From: Mustelus asterias
Taxonomy: Eukaryota
Assembly (NCBI RefSeq): GCF_964213995.1
Contig: NC_135819.1
Coordinates: 51,956,001-52,020,000 of the forward strand
Reading direction: 5' to 3'
Length of the DNA: 64,000 nucleotides
Shown one piece after another: positions 1 to 12,263 of the stretch. The position numbers and the translations under genes are program-made. The notes below the pieces were generated by a model that was not told where the DNA came from, searched no databases, and worked only from the letters and a program-made list of their open reading frames with translations. Each line of letters begins with the position of its first letter. Within the stretch, counting starts at the first letter, position 1.

Positions 1-135
1 TGGACTCCAGCAGTGCCCCACATTAGAGATTGACAGATGGGAGATCTTCATGGTTTAAGTGGACACAAGTGCCATTCTGGGACATATTTGGTACTGAAAC
101 GTCTCATGTACTCAGAAACAGGGAAAGCCACCAGT

Positions 136-450
136 CTGTAGAATAGAATCCCTACAGTACAGAAGAAGGCCAATCGGCCCATCGAGTCTGTACCAACCAC
201 AATCCCACCCAGGCCCTATTCCCCTAACCCTCATTTACCCTCTGACACTAAGGGCCAATTTAGCATGGCCAATCAACCTAACCCGCACAGCTTTGGACTG
301 TGGGAGGAAACCGGAACACCTGGAGGAAACCCACGCAGACACTGGGAGAATGTGCAAACTCCACACAGACAGTCACCCAAGACTGGAATTGAACCCGGGT
401 CCCTGGCACTGTGGGGCAGCAGTGCTAACCACTGTGCCACCGTGCCGCCC
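136..450 (-). mobile_element. HE1-type tRNA-derived SINE, CR1/HER1-type tail
   Basis: Reverse complement reads ggcggcacggtggcacagtggttagcactgct (A box), gggttcaattcc (B box), V-SINE core gtgggtttcctccaggtgttccggtttcctcccacagtccaaag, and a tail ending gggattctattcta. Confidence 0.9.
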
Positions 451-1704
451 ATCCAGAGAAGAACTTCTGAAAACTGTCTCTTTCCCGAATCTGCCACTGC
501 TCCCCTTCAACAAGGGGGGAAATGGAAAAAGGAAATGTTTTCTATTCATTCTCTCTTCAGGGTTCCAGGCTGTTTTCCAGTACATTTATTCCCTCATGGT
601 TCTTACTATTTCACATATTTCTTCATGCACCAGCCACCATTACCACAGCAATCCCTGGTCAGGAATCCCTGGGCCTCTCTCCACCCCCACCCCGTAATTT
701 GCCTTGCAAAGGACAAACAAAAGATATGCCCCTTGAAAGCGAGTGCAGTGAGTGCCAGAAACGCTAAAGATCCAGATAAATACGGTTTGCCAATTTGCAT
801 GAAGATTCTATCAATCTCTTGCCGGAGTTACGGTAGGAGACCAGTCAAACCTCCGAGGAATTTTAAGGTTAACACTATGCTATCAGGAATTATACAGAAA
901 TGTTAATTGGGATGAGCCAAAAATAAAATTCATGGCCACATAATTAGCCAGCGTATTCTAGTAGGATTAGTAATTATATTTCAGTTTACTGTAATATTAA
1001 GAATAACACTTGTTTTGTGCAACAAATTACCGCAGTGTCTAAATGTCTCATCGGGAGTTACTGTCATATCCCAGTTTCGTTGCTACGCTGTCATTTTTTT
1101 TACAGAAAGCCATCGCCGTGCTTGTCTTTACTACAGGGATTCAACGCCAACAGTCTCTATTCTCAAAGGAGCATTGACCACGATGGTCTCACTTCTAGCA
1201 GAGATTCATCACTGTGCTGCTGACACCCGAGTTTCTGACAGCAATTTAAAATGATGCTCTTTGCCTCTCCCAGTAATTTGTCACAGTGTTCTCATTTGCC
1301 ATGACAGTTTCCTGAGATGCTCGCAGATTTGATGGCTCCCTTCCACTTGTTGCAGGAACTTCCTTCAGCAATTCTTATTTCTCCTAATGAACTATCACGT
1401 CGGGCATTCTTCTCTCACTGCGTTTCTTTTCGGGGGGTTGATTTCTCAGAGCGATTATTCAAAATGTTCTGATTTCTCACACTGATTCTCCATTATAACC
1501 TCATTTGTCACCACAATTCTCCATGAAGCTTTGGTTTCTTATTACAGTTCTGGTCTCGTTTCTCAATTATTGATTTCTTGAATTATTCTTTCATACAGCC
1601 ATTTCTAACTATTGTATTTGTTAAGTTCCTCATTCTCGCACTGAAAAATAACTGCTGCTGCACTGTCATATTCCCAGAGTCTTGTGTATTTGAAGAAGTA
1701 TTTA

Positions 1705-2430
1705 ACTTTAAGTTTATTTATTAGTGCCGTAAGTAGGCTTATATTAACACTGCAGAGAAGTCACTGTGAAAATCCCTCAGACGCCACACTCTGGCGCCTG
1801 TTTGGGTACACTGAGAGAGAATTTAGCATGGCCAATGTACCTAACCAGGACATATTTAGGTCTGTGGGAGGAAACCAGAGCACGTGGAGGAAACCAATGC
1901 AGACACTGGGAGCACATGCAGACTCCGCACAAACAGTGACCCAAGCCGGGGATCAAACCCAGGTCCCTGGTGCTGTGAGGCAGCAGTGCTAACCACTCTG
2001 CCATCATGCCGCCCAATGAAGTTACTGTGAAAATCCCCTAGTCGCCACACTCTAGTGCCAGTTCAGGTACATTGAGAGAGAATTTAGCATGGCCAATGCA
2101 CCTAACCAGCACATCTTTCGGATTGTGGGGCCAATAGTTTTTAAAGTTTATTTATTAGTCACAAGTAGGCTTACATTCACACTGCAGTGAAAATCCCCTA
2201 GTCACCACACTCTGGCACCTGTTCAGGTACACTGTGGGAGAATTTAGCATGGCCAATTCATCTAACCTGCACATCTTTGGACTGTGGGAGGAAACTGGAG
2301 CACCCGGAGGAAACCCATGCAGACACGGGGAGAACATGCAAACTCCACACAAACAATGACTCAAGCTGGGAATTGAATCTGTGTCTCTAGCGCTGTGAGG
2401 CATCAGTGCTAACCACTGTGCCACCGTGCC
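1705..2430 (-). mobile_element. Tandem cluster of HE1-type SINEs with the alternative tail (1705-2014 full, 2016-2130 partial, 2140-2430 full)
   Basis: Same head and core as HE1; the 3' end is gtgtggcgactaggggattttcacagt...aagcctacttgtgactaataaataaact. Confidence 0.88.
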
Positions 2431-4502
2431 AAAATTGAAGCGTGGAACAGTGGCTATGGTCCTGATATATAATGGAGGATCGGTGAGAGAAATCACAACA
2501 TTTTGAATAATGGCTTTTCAGAAAACAAAGCTCCAAGAAGAAACTCTGGGCCAAATGAATGATGTGAGGAATACAAAATAAAGCTTTGTTACTGAAACCA
2601 CTGCTGCTTCAAATTCACATTGATGGCTTAATGCTGCATGACCACATTGGCAATCAAGTCAAATCAATTAGGAAAGGCAGTTGATCCTGACAAGGCAGCT
2701 CAAAAAGTATACATTGAACTCACAAAACTAATAATGGAGCAGTTTAATGAGATTGAATGTGAACAAGAGAAAATGCATCACGTAGGCCGGGATTTTCCAC
2801 GCCAGATCGGGGTGGCAATGGGGAGATTGAAAAATCTCGTGAGAAGGCCCTCGGTGCGTTTCCCGGTGTTGAAAATCCAGAACGCAATTGTCCACTTCAC
2901 CCAATCAACTGTGGGCCTCATTTCCTGCCATTGAATGTCGGGAACTTAATTTTAATAAATTTGCATCTCATTATTGTGGCCTCATTTCAGAATGGCGTGA
3001 TTGACAACTGCTTTTAAAAGGTTTGTGCCTGGCGACCTGAACTTCAAGGGGAACCCGGGAGTGAGTGCACACAACTTAGCGCAGCGCACAAGAGGATCCC
3101 AATGCAAGGAAGCAATTCTGCAGATTCAGGGGTGGGTCACAGGCAAGTCTCCACGGCAGCTACCTTGTGGTGTCACAGCATGAGCAATAGTGCAGGGGAG
3201 AAGGGAGGAAACGGAGCCCAGGGTATGGGAAAAAAATGCAGTGGGCAGGGATGGAGGGAGGGAAATCATGGCAGCACAGACTGAAGGTTGCACTCAAACA
3301 CATGATCAGGGGGTGCCTGATTGGGAGGTGAGGGAGGGGTGAAGAAATGACCAGGCAAGTGAAAAAACAGGTCAAAGGTGAGCACTCTTACACAGCTCAG
3401 ATAGTTTAGCTTGAGTTCAATTGCCATGCTTGGTTTCAGGCCCACACAAGCAGCACTACTCTCAGAAGATGTCAATGATTGCTGCTCTACATTTAAGCCC
3501 TCATGTGCAGACTTCTACGTCCAGTGACTACTTTGGTTTAGCAGAACCGTTGGGCGACTGGGCAAGCTTGAGGATCCCCTTAGGAAAGGTGGCCATGGAG
3601 CACTAATTGAGGGGAGCGCTCCTATTTCCTTGCTTCCCATTAGAGTTCACATCAAAAAGTGCCCCTCATGGTCCAAGAAAAGTGCAAGGACTTGGAGTGC
3701 ATGTCAGAACAATGCCTGAGTGTGAGGTGAGAGTTCAGTCAAGTTCCCGAAACTATTGTTATTTGGTCATGTGGTGTGTGGTGGTAGGGAGATGGGAGGC
3801 ATGTGGTTAACCAAAGCAATTCTCCGAGTGCCCACACACTGGGATGTCCCTCCCTCTACCTGTTGTGGATCAGACAGAATGGTGTGCTCACCAGATTGTG
3901 ACCCCCGAGGTTAGTCTAGAACTAGGCCCCGCTGAGGTGTACGTGTCTTTGCACTGATGGAGGGTGTGGGTGAGTGCTGTGACAAGTTAACAGTGTCGGT
4001 GTTTATGGATTCCTCTTCTGTACTCCTCTCGGGGCTGAAGTACAGGGCCTGGCTCGCATACACCCTTGGCTGCTTCCCTGATGTGTCTGTGATAAAAGGA
4101 GAGATCATTAGTGTGTGGCAGGGGCCTGCGAAGCAGGAGACATCACTCACAGCATGGTCGTCTGATGGACGTTGCAGTGCAGGGTCCTCACTTTGTTGAT
4201 CGCTGCCGACCTCACCATCAGCCCAGGAGTGCTCCTCATCCTCGCCAACCAGCTGAACCTCTCTAACTTCAAAGTCTGCCAGGACCTTGAGTTCAGCCAT
4301 TCCTCCAGCAGTCTGGGAACTATCTCTTTTGTTGTGTGCTAGCTTCCCCTGCGTGAAGATAGATGGAGAAAATGCCAGTAGCACACCTTCCAGGTGTCAC
4401 AAGTAGGATGGGTTTTGGGTGAGTGGAAGAAGTGAATGAAGATGTGACCTGTGTGGGAGATGAAGATGTTTATGGGAGAGTGGTGTAATAGAATCATCGA
4501 AT

Positions 4503-5150
4503 CATAAGAACATAAGAACATAAGAAATAGGAGCAGGAGTAGGCCATCTAGCCCCTCAAGCCTGCTCCGCCATACAATAAGATCATGGCTGATTTGATAG
4601 TGGGTTCAGTTCCACTTACCCGCCCGCTCCCCATAACCCTTAATTCCCTTAATGGTTAAAAATCGATCTATCTGTGACTTAAACACATTTAACGAGGTAG
4701 CCTCTATTGCTTCATTGGGCAGAGAATTCCAAAGATTCACTACCCTCTGAGAGAAGAAGTTCCTCCTCAACTCTGTTCTAAATTGACTCCCCCGTATTTT
4801 GAGGCTATGGCCCCTAGTTCTTGTTTCCATTGTAAGTGGAAATAACCTCGCTGCTTCTACCCTGTCTAGCCCCTTCATTATCTTATATGTCTCTATAAGA
4901 TCTCCCCTCAACCTTCTAAACTCCAATGAGTACAGGCCCAGTCTACTCAATCTCTCCTCATAAGCTAACCCCCTCATCTCCGGAATTAACCTGGTGAACC
5001 TTCTCTGTACCCCCTCCAAAGCTAATATATCCTTTCTTAAATAGGGGACCAAAATTGTACATAGTACTCTAGGTGCGGCCTCACCAGTACCCTGTACAGT
5101 TGCAGCATTACCTCCCTGCTTTTATACTCCATCCCTCTCGCGATAAAGGC
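4503..5150 (-). mobile_element. CR1-clade LINE 3' fragment (young)
   Basis: ORF 4606-5052 has the CR1 ORF2 C-terminus (LEGVQRRFTRLIP..LGLYSLEFRRLRGDLIETYKI..TRGHSLK..NFFSQRVVNLWNSLP); (ttcttatg)n tail at 4503-4527. Confidence 0.95.
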
Positions 5151-5246
5151 AGGAGAGGACCATTCGGCCCATTGAGTCTGCACCATCTCTCGAACAGCTC
5201 CTCTCCCTCACCCTATCCTCACATTTACCATGGCTAATTTATCTAA

Positions 5247-5347
5247 ATGTGGAGATGCCGGCGTTGGACTGGGGTGAACACAGTAAGAAGTCTCACAACA
5301 CCAGCTTAAAGTTGGTTAACTTTAACCTGGTGTTGTGAGACTTCTTA
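5247..5347 (-). mobile_element. Short fold-back Penelope-like insertion (no ribozyme core) inside an HE1 SINE
   Basis: Inverted arms agtaagaagtctcacaacacca / tggtgttgtgagacttcttact; flanking repeat ctaatttatctaa (5234-5246) / ctaattaatctaa (5348-5360). Confidence 0.8.
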
Positions 5348-6215
5348 CTAATTAATCTAACCCACACATCTTGGCACACTAAAGGGCAATTTACCAAGGC
5401 CAATTCACCTGCACATATTTTGTCACTTGATCTGGCATCGAACATGATCCCTGTGGACGTGTGATGGGTTTCTGAGCTTGTGAGTTGAGAGTGATGAGAA
5501 GAGTGACTTACCTTAGTGGAACGGAGGAGATCGTTCATCCTCTTTTGGCACTGCATGGTTGGAGGATTACAACATGTGCTGACTACACCTGCCACTGCCT
5601 CCCATGTTGGATCTGTCATCTTGCTTGGTGGTCTATGCCCAGAGCAGGGATAGAGGACATTGTGGTGAGCTTCCACTGCGTCAAGTAGAAAGGTATCACT
5701 AAATTTAATGCAGCATGTTTCTTGGTTTTAGCATCCATCAACGTTAGCAGCTTCCTGTTCCTTGAGGAGTGCGAGCTCAGTGCAGGGGTGTCCATTAAAT
5801 GTGGCACCCGGATTACTGAAACTCTGAGGTCAACCTGGAACCAGCAAATCGTACACCGCACCGTCAGCGATCTGACATGAAACCCGTGCCTCAGTGCCGG
5901 TCAACACAAGTCATATTGATGTTGATGCGTCAAACACCACTTTATCCAACCAAAATCGGATTTCGCTGAAAACTGGGACAATTCCATCCATGGAAAAGAC
6001 AAATGGAGCCATATAAACTCTATGAATGATGTTGAAATATTGAAGGGCAAATTGAAAGAGGCCAGTTCGCCTCAGTGTACTCAATGCCCCGCATGTCCAA
6101 CCACCGCTTAGCAACAAAAACAAATCAAGTAGGATGTTAAACTATAAAGCCAAAACAATTGATTGCACTTTAGAGGAAATCATTCACACACTCACGCTCG
6201 ATCAGACTACACCTC

Positions 6216-6351
6216 GACCGGAATTCTCCGACCTCGCCCGCTGCTGGGATTCTCCAGTCCCGCTGCTGTGGATGGAGATTTGGCTCCGTGCCAAATTCTC
6301 CCTTCTCGCTGGCAGCGATAGAGAGGCGTGAATGGATGGAGAATTCCAGCC
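6216..6351. mobile_element. Harbinger-type MITE, family A (~135 bp)
   Basis: TIRs gaccggaattctcc / ggagaattccagcc with 3-bp TSD ctc; homologous to 28745-28874 and 33434-33569. Confidence 0.75.
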
Positions 6352-6649
6352 CTCGTGTACTATTCACTGAAGCACAAGAGAAATAGTCAAGCAACAGAGA
6401 TAACTCAGAGAAATGTCCCAAGGTTGATCCCGATGTCAGAGGCCAGGATTATGAAGAAAGGATTTTAAAAGTATAGAGTCTCATGAAGGTATTTAAAATA
6501 CCAAATAGTATTGAGCAAAATACATTAAACTAAATTGTGAATAGGACAAGGAGACACAAGTTAAATCTTGTAAATCTAGGGCTGAAATCAGAAAGATCTT
6601 CACATAAAAAGAGAAAATGGATTTTCAGGTAAAGAATTGGAGACCAAAA

Positions 6650-7449
6650 ACCTGGAATAATAACAAATGGGATTACTATCTCAATGGAAACAAATTAAAA
6701 CATGCTACCGTGCAAAGGGACCTGGGGGTCCTTGTGCATGAGACGCAAAAGCCCAGTCTGCAGGTACAACAGGTGATCAAGAAGGCAAATGGGATGTTGG
6801 CCTATATTGCGAGGGGGATAGAATATAAAAGCAGGGATGTCTTGATGCACCTGTACAGGGCATTGGTGAGGCCGCAGCTGGAATACTGTGTGCAGTATTG
6901 GTCCCCTTATATGAGGAAGGATATATTGGCATTGGAGGGAGTGCAGAGAAGGTTCACCAGGTTGATACCGGAGATGAGGGGTTTGGATTATGAGGAGAGG
7001 CTGAGGAGATTGGGTTTGTACTCGTTGGAGTTTAGAAGGATGAGGGGGGATCTTATGGAGACTTATAAGATAATGCGGGGGCTGGACAGGGTGGAGGCGG
7101 AGAGATTCTTTCCACTTAGTAAGGAAGTTAAAACTAGAGGACACAGCCTCAAAATAAAGGGGGGTCGGTTTAAGACAGAGTTGAGGAGGAACTTCTTCTC
7201 CCAGAGGGTGGTGAATCTCTGGAATTCTCTGCCCACTGAGGTGGTGGAGGCTACCTCGCTGAATATGTTTAAAGCGCGGATGGATGGATTCCTGATCGGT
7301 AAGGGAATTAAGGGTTATGGGGATCAGGCGGGTAAGTGGTACTGATCCACGTCAGATCAGCCATGATCTTATTGAATGGCGGGGCAGGCTCGAGGGGCTA
7401 GATGGCCTACTCCTGCTCCTATTTCTTATGTTCTTATGTTCTTATGTTC
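6650..7449 (+). mobile_element. CR1-clade LINE 3' fragment (young, open ORF2 C-terminus)
   Basis: ORF 6617-7345: YYLNGNKL..QRDLGVLVH..IKKANGMLAYIARGIEYKS..LYRALVRPQLEYCVQYWSPY; 3' UTR gggctagatggcctactcctgctcct and (ttcttatg)n tail. Confidence 0.95.
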
Positions 7450-7489
7450 TAATTATTTAAGAAAATATTAAATGTAATAACTGCATGAG

Positions 7490-7620
7490 GGAGTCTATGG
7501 TGCAGTGGGTAGTGTCTCTGCCTCCGAGCCAGAAATTCTGGGTTCGAGTCCCACCACAGGACTTGAAAGCCAATGAAAGTGCATTCAAAACGTGGCCAAA
7601 CAATTTGAGTATAAACTTGT
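7490..7620 (+). mobile_element. tRNA-derived SINE head (other family)
   Basis: tggtgcagtggg A-box-like and gggttcgagtccc B-box motifs; no intact tRNA cloverleaf. Confidence 0.5.
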
Positions 7621-8955
7621 AAATTCTTCCAAAATATGTCAATGGAAGGAGGTAAGAATGGGAGAGATTCCTGGTCAGCCATGTGATGGAAAGAAATTGG
7701 AGCCTCCACCATCACCACTCATAGCTCCAGGCTACAACATGCATGTAGAAGTGTATATTGCCACAGCAACTCAGACTCATTTGGGGGGACTGGTTGGCTG
7801 GGCAGCCAACTTTGATCAGATTTGTGACAACAGCGTGAGGTTTGATCCCTGTTCTGGTTGAGGTGGATTCAGGACCTTAAACTTTGCGCTGTGTGGAGTG
7901 AAGATCACATACAATGGGTTGGACCTGCCCTTTGGGCAGAGAATTCAGGAAGAAGATACAGGATGGATTTGAGTGTCTTTCAGTGTGAATGAAGTAAGTT
8001 GGGACGACTCATTGCTCTCGTCCATATTTGCCCTGTGATCTCTTCATCAGGATGCTGTCATTTCTCACCAAGGGTTACACATGTGGGGAGCTGGGGAATA
8101 ACATTCCTTTTGTCTGGCATTCATTCTCACGATTATTTTTTTTTAGCAGAACTATTGACAGAAGCCATTTCATCCTCCAGGCTGCCCAAAGAGGTTTACA
8201 CCTCACAGAGTTTATATGATCACGTTCGCTATTCACTGCAATGCAGAAATTGTCCCCACGTTCTCATTCATCATATTGATACACATATTTATCACTCCTA
8301 ACTGTAACCCACAATACTTTCATCCTTGTGCTTATATCTCACAGGGAGTCAATGCTAAGTTCTTTTATCACGTTCATTTGTCAGCGACCTCTCATTAATC
8401 ACAGAGAGTTGCAACAGCATATAAGTTTCTCCTTCCCTCCCCCCCAGTTTCTAGATGCAATTTGCCTGACGTTGTAGGATTCTTGCTGCTTTTTGCTCAG
8501 AAACTTTAGCCCTTTTCTGGAATTATTTAGTTTGCTGCCGTGTACCCCGCCCTCGCAAACAACAACTCCTGCCTGACCCCATTTTGTTTCATAGAAACAT
8601 AGGATCCCTACAGTGCAGAAGGGAGCCATTCAGCCCATCAAGCCTGCACCAACTCTCTGACAGAGAGACTGGATGGAATTTTACAAAAGTGATTCTAAGT
8701 GTGCAGCTAGTGTGAAAATGGGAGATTCCTGATCCGTTTTTTGGGGAAGTTTTCACACCCAATCTTACGTCCTTAAGTCATTGAAAAAATGGTCTCGACT
8801 GTTTCGAGCTGCTGCAGGTAGTAGGCTGGGCTTAATTCACCGACCGACCTATAGAGGGAGCTACTGCTCATGTGCAGACCTCTGCTGCTGCACATGCACA
8901 ACTGCAACAGCAATTGAATAGACGGACACAGAGAGAGCAGTCAGGCTCCTGGTTC

Positions 8956-9628
8956 GTCTCACCGATGCACCCCGCCTCTGGACATCCTTTCCTGCAGCGC
9001 AGACAACTCATGCGACTCAGCCAACATTGTCTACCTTACGCACTGCAGGAAAGGATGTCCCGAGGCATGGTACATCGGCGAGACCATGCAGACGCTACGA
9101 CAACGGATGAATGGACACCCTGCAACAATCACCAGGCAGGGGTGTTCCCTTCGAGCCGGGAAACACTTCAGCAGTCAAGGGCATTCAGCCTCCGATCTTC
9201 GGGTAAGCGTTCTCCAAGGGGGCCTTCAAGATACACGACAACGCAGAATCGCCGAGCAGAAACTGAAAGCCAGGTTCCGCACATATGAGGATGGCCTCAA
9301 CCGGGATCTTGGGTTCATGTCACACTACATATAACCCCCACCATTTGGCCTGAGCTTGCAAAATTCTACTAACTGTCTTGGCTTGAGACAATTCACACGT
9401 CTTTAACCTGTGATTATCTCTCTCTCCACTCGCGTTGTCTGTACCTGTAAAGACTTGATTACCTGAAAAGACTCACATTCCGACCATTATCTTGCAATTG
9501 TGTCTTTACCTATATATGCCGTGTTTGTGAACCCACCTCTCCACTCACCTGATGAAGGAGCTGCACTTCGAAAGCTTGTGATTCCAAATAAACCTGTTGG
9601 ACTTTAACCTGGTGTTGTGAGACTTCTT
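8956..9628 (+). mobile_element. Penelope-like retroelement 3' fragment: GIY-YIG endonuclease remnant plus pLTR with hammerhead
   Basis: Reads CDSANIVYL.HCRKGCPEAWYIGETMQTLRQRMNGH...HFSSQGHSASDLRVSVLQGG..QRRIAEQKL.ARFRTYEDGLNRDLG, typical of the Penelope GIY-YIG C-terminus. The downstream pLTR is homologous to 53713-53926. Confidence 0.9.
9546..9580 (+). ncRNA. Minimal type I hammerhead ribozyme motif (stem II partly degenerate)
   Basis: cac-CTGATGA-a-ggagctgcacttc-GAAA-gc-tt-gtg: conserved core, stem I cac/gtg, palindromic AAGCTT stem III. Confidence 0.7.
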
Positions 9629-9789
9629 TCATCCAGGGTATTTGCTATTTTACTTGCTACTTAGGGTAATTCACAAAATTGTTCTTATTTGGTGCAGCAA
9701 CTTGTCAAGACTCGGAACTTTTTTATGTCGATTAGGCTTCAGATCTGGATATTTGACTATCTGCATAAAAGTGGAGTTGGCCACACTGC

Positions 9790-10125
9790 ACGGGTGATGT
9801 CAGTTAATGTTACTTGTCTAGTAACCCAGAATCTCAGATCAATGCTCAGGAAACATGGGTTCGATTCCCACCTTGGTAGCATGGGAATTTAAATTCAACT
9901 AATTAATAAATCTGGACTAAAATGCTAGGCTCGGTAATGATGATAATGAAACTATCATGTGGCTGTGAATACTCATCTGGTTCACTTATGTCTTTCAGGC
10001 AAGGAAATCTCCCATCCTTACCTGTTAGTCTGGCCTTGGTGTGACTCAAGACTCATCACAATGTGGTTGACTTTTAACTGCCCTTTGAAATGGCCAAGTA
10101 AGGCATTCATTTGTATCAAACTTCA
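9790..10125 (+). mobile_element. Second tRNA-headed SINE family (same as 55405 and 56185), diverged
   Basis: B box gggttcgattccc; body catctggttcacttatgtctttcaggcaaggaaatct..ccttacctg..gtgactc..aatgtggttgact. Confidence 0.7.
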
Positions 10126-10145
10126 ATAAAGTTTGGGGACAGAAA

Positions 10146-10650
10146 GGTGGCACAGTGATTAACACTGCTGCCTCACAGTGCCAAGGACTCGGGGTCAATT
10201 CCAGCTTTGTGTCAGTGATGCCTACATCCGATAAATAATTAAAAACAAATTCTGCAAAAGTACAGGCAATTTCTGAGTGTTTGAGTTCTCTGCGTGTTTA
10301 TAATCAAGCTTGTCTAGAAAAATCACATTGAGCCTGTCCCATGTGTCGCCAAGCTCCCATATTGATACCACTTTACCCCATCAATGAAGCATATGGACGT
10401 GGTCTGTGTGAAGTTTGCACATTCTCCCAGTGTCTGCATGGGTTTCCTCCGGGTTCTCCGGTTTCCTCCCACAGTCCAAAGATGTGCAGGTTAGGTGAAT
10501 TGGCCAAGGTAAATGCACAAGGTTGTGGGGATAGGGAAGGGGAAGTGGGCATGGGGGAGGGGGGCTTAGTAAGATGTTCTGTTGAAGGGTCAGTACAGAC
10601 TCGATGGGCCAAATGGCCTCCTTCTGCGCTTAAGTATTCTATGGATTCTA
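10146..10650 (+). mobile_element. HE1-type SINE split by a ~190-bp insertion (10210-10403)
   Basis: Head ggtggcacagtgattaacactgctgcctcacag at 10146; the body resumes at ctgtgtgaagtttgcacattctccc (10404); tail to 10650. Confidence 0.8.
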
Positions 10651-11564
10651 TAGAAAATCAAATGAGCACTGTGTACCTACACCACATGGACCGCAGCAGT
10701 TCAGGAAGGCAGCTCACTGCCATCTTCTCTGTGGCACTCAAGGATGGACAACAAGTGCTAGCCTTGTCAGCGATAACCACAGCCGTAAATAAATAGTAGA
10801 AAAAAAATTCTGCAAAAGTACTGGCAGTTGCTGAGTGTCTGAGCAACTTTATAATGTTTATAATCAAACTTGCCAGGAAACCTCACATTCAGCCATGTGT
10901 CACCATGCTTCCATAAGGATGCCACTTTGCTCCATGATGTAAGCATGCGAACATGGTAAACTGACTCAGCACCTCTGCAAGACAGAATAGAGAAACTTCA
11001 AGAGCAGCTGGATGCTCAAAAGACAAACTGGTGTCACTTTTACACTAGCCTTCAGCAATCCTTTCAGCACTTTGTGCAGCTGGTGGTTAAGTGAAGATAA
11101 AATTGCTGTTTTTTTGAAAATAGAATATGGGTGACTGCAGCCATCTCTAATTCCGTTTGATAAAAGTGCTGCACCAGCGTAATCTGAAAGTCTTTTCAGA
11201 AATATTCCCCACCAATGCCACGACTTTACAGTGAGATTTACATCCTTCTCATGCGACCATCTCTCACCCATTCACTTTCGGTAACGATCCGTCCAAATGG
11301 CCATTCAGCTGTCAGCAGAACAGGAAGATGAGACATGAGGACACATCGCATTATTCATGATATTTCTGTTGCAGGCTACCCATTTGGAGAATGCCCTTGA
11401 AATTCCTGGGCAATGCAAGAGGTGGAGAAAAGACATTCATCCTTACCAATTTTATCCTTTTATCCCTTGTGCTTGTTTTAGTGAATAATCATTTAACAAT
11501 AATCACTGAGAAATTGTGCCTTTCGCATGCCGATACCTAAAATTTTTTAAATTTTATAGTTTTT

Positions 11565-11875
11565 TTAAAAAGTTTATTCGTTAGTGTCACAAGTAGGCTT
11601 ACACCAGCACTGCAATGAAGTTACTGTGAAAATCCCCTAGTCGCCACACTCCGGCACCTGTTCGGGTACACTGAGGGTAGAATTTAGCATGGCCAGTGCA
11701 CTTAACCAGCACATCTTTCAGACTGTGGGAGGAAACCGGAGCACCCAGAGAAAACCCACACAGACACGGGGAGAACATGCAGACTCCGCACAGACAGTGA
11801 CACAAGCCAGGAATTGAACCCAGGTCCCTAGCGCTGTTAGGCAACAGTGCTAACCACTGTGCCATCGTGCCATGC
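11565..11875 (-). mobile_element. HE1-type SINE, alternative tail
   Basis: Full head, core and alternative tail on the minus strand. Confidence 0.9.
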
Positions 11876-12263
11876 CTACCTAGTGTACATTGCTGTGATT
11901 GTAGCATAACAGAGTTCAAACAAAAACATGCTAAGTAAGTAACATCATACATCAATCAGATCATCGGCAACATGGAGTGATTACACATTAGCTAAAACAT
12001 ATAGTTGTGGAACACAAAAGAAAAGCCTAATCAGTTACTGAGTAAGTTATTGGAATAGAGAGTACTTGACGTTTACCAGAATTCAAACTGATATTAAAAC
12101 TTTGCATTGAATTCTGTAAAGTTAGCGAATTACAATTAGTGCAATGGAGACACACGAGCAGCCAAAAATAGGTACAGTATATAAGAGGGAAGAGTAGAAA
12201 GGTGACTCCATTGTGGAGCAAAATAAAATTTTGAAAGTTGCTGCAAATACCATGAGAAATGTA

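Larger units (their letters stand above)
3911..5738 (-). pseudogene. Spliced Harbinger Myb/SANT-like DNA-binding protein gene (fossil); exon 1 5738-5512, exon 2 from 4348
   Basis: Exon 1 encodes VEAHHNVLYP...PTWEAVAGVVS...QCQKRMNDLLRSTK followed by a gtaagt donor. Acceptor ttctccatctatcttcacgcag is followed in frame by GKLAHNKRDSSQTAGG. Frameshift near 5700. Confidence 0.7.
2785..5990 (-). mobile_element. Decayed PIF/Harbinger-type DNA transposon region with nested insertions
   Basis: TIR-like start ggccgggattttcc at 2785 and a degenerate TIR-like end near 5975-5990. Contains Myb/SANT-like coding exons on the minus strand. May be two overlapping elements, since a second Myb-like fragment GVSAHNLAQRTRGSQCK lies on + at ~3058-3110. 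Confidence 0.55.

Noticed and set aside
265-906. 213-aa ORF
   Set aside because: Starts in an antisense SINE and reads through into non-coding flank.
6617-7345. 242-aa ORF as a host gene
   Set aside because: It is the C-terminus of CR1 ORF2 from a 5'-truncated insertion.
10960-10971. AP-1/Maf-like site TGCTGAGTCAG
   Set aside because: A single short motif expected by chance in 64 kb.
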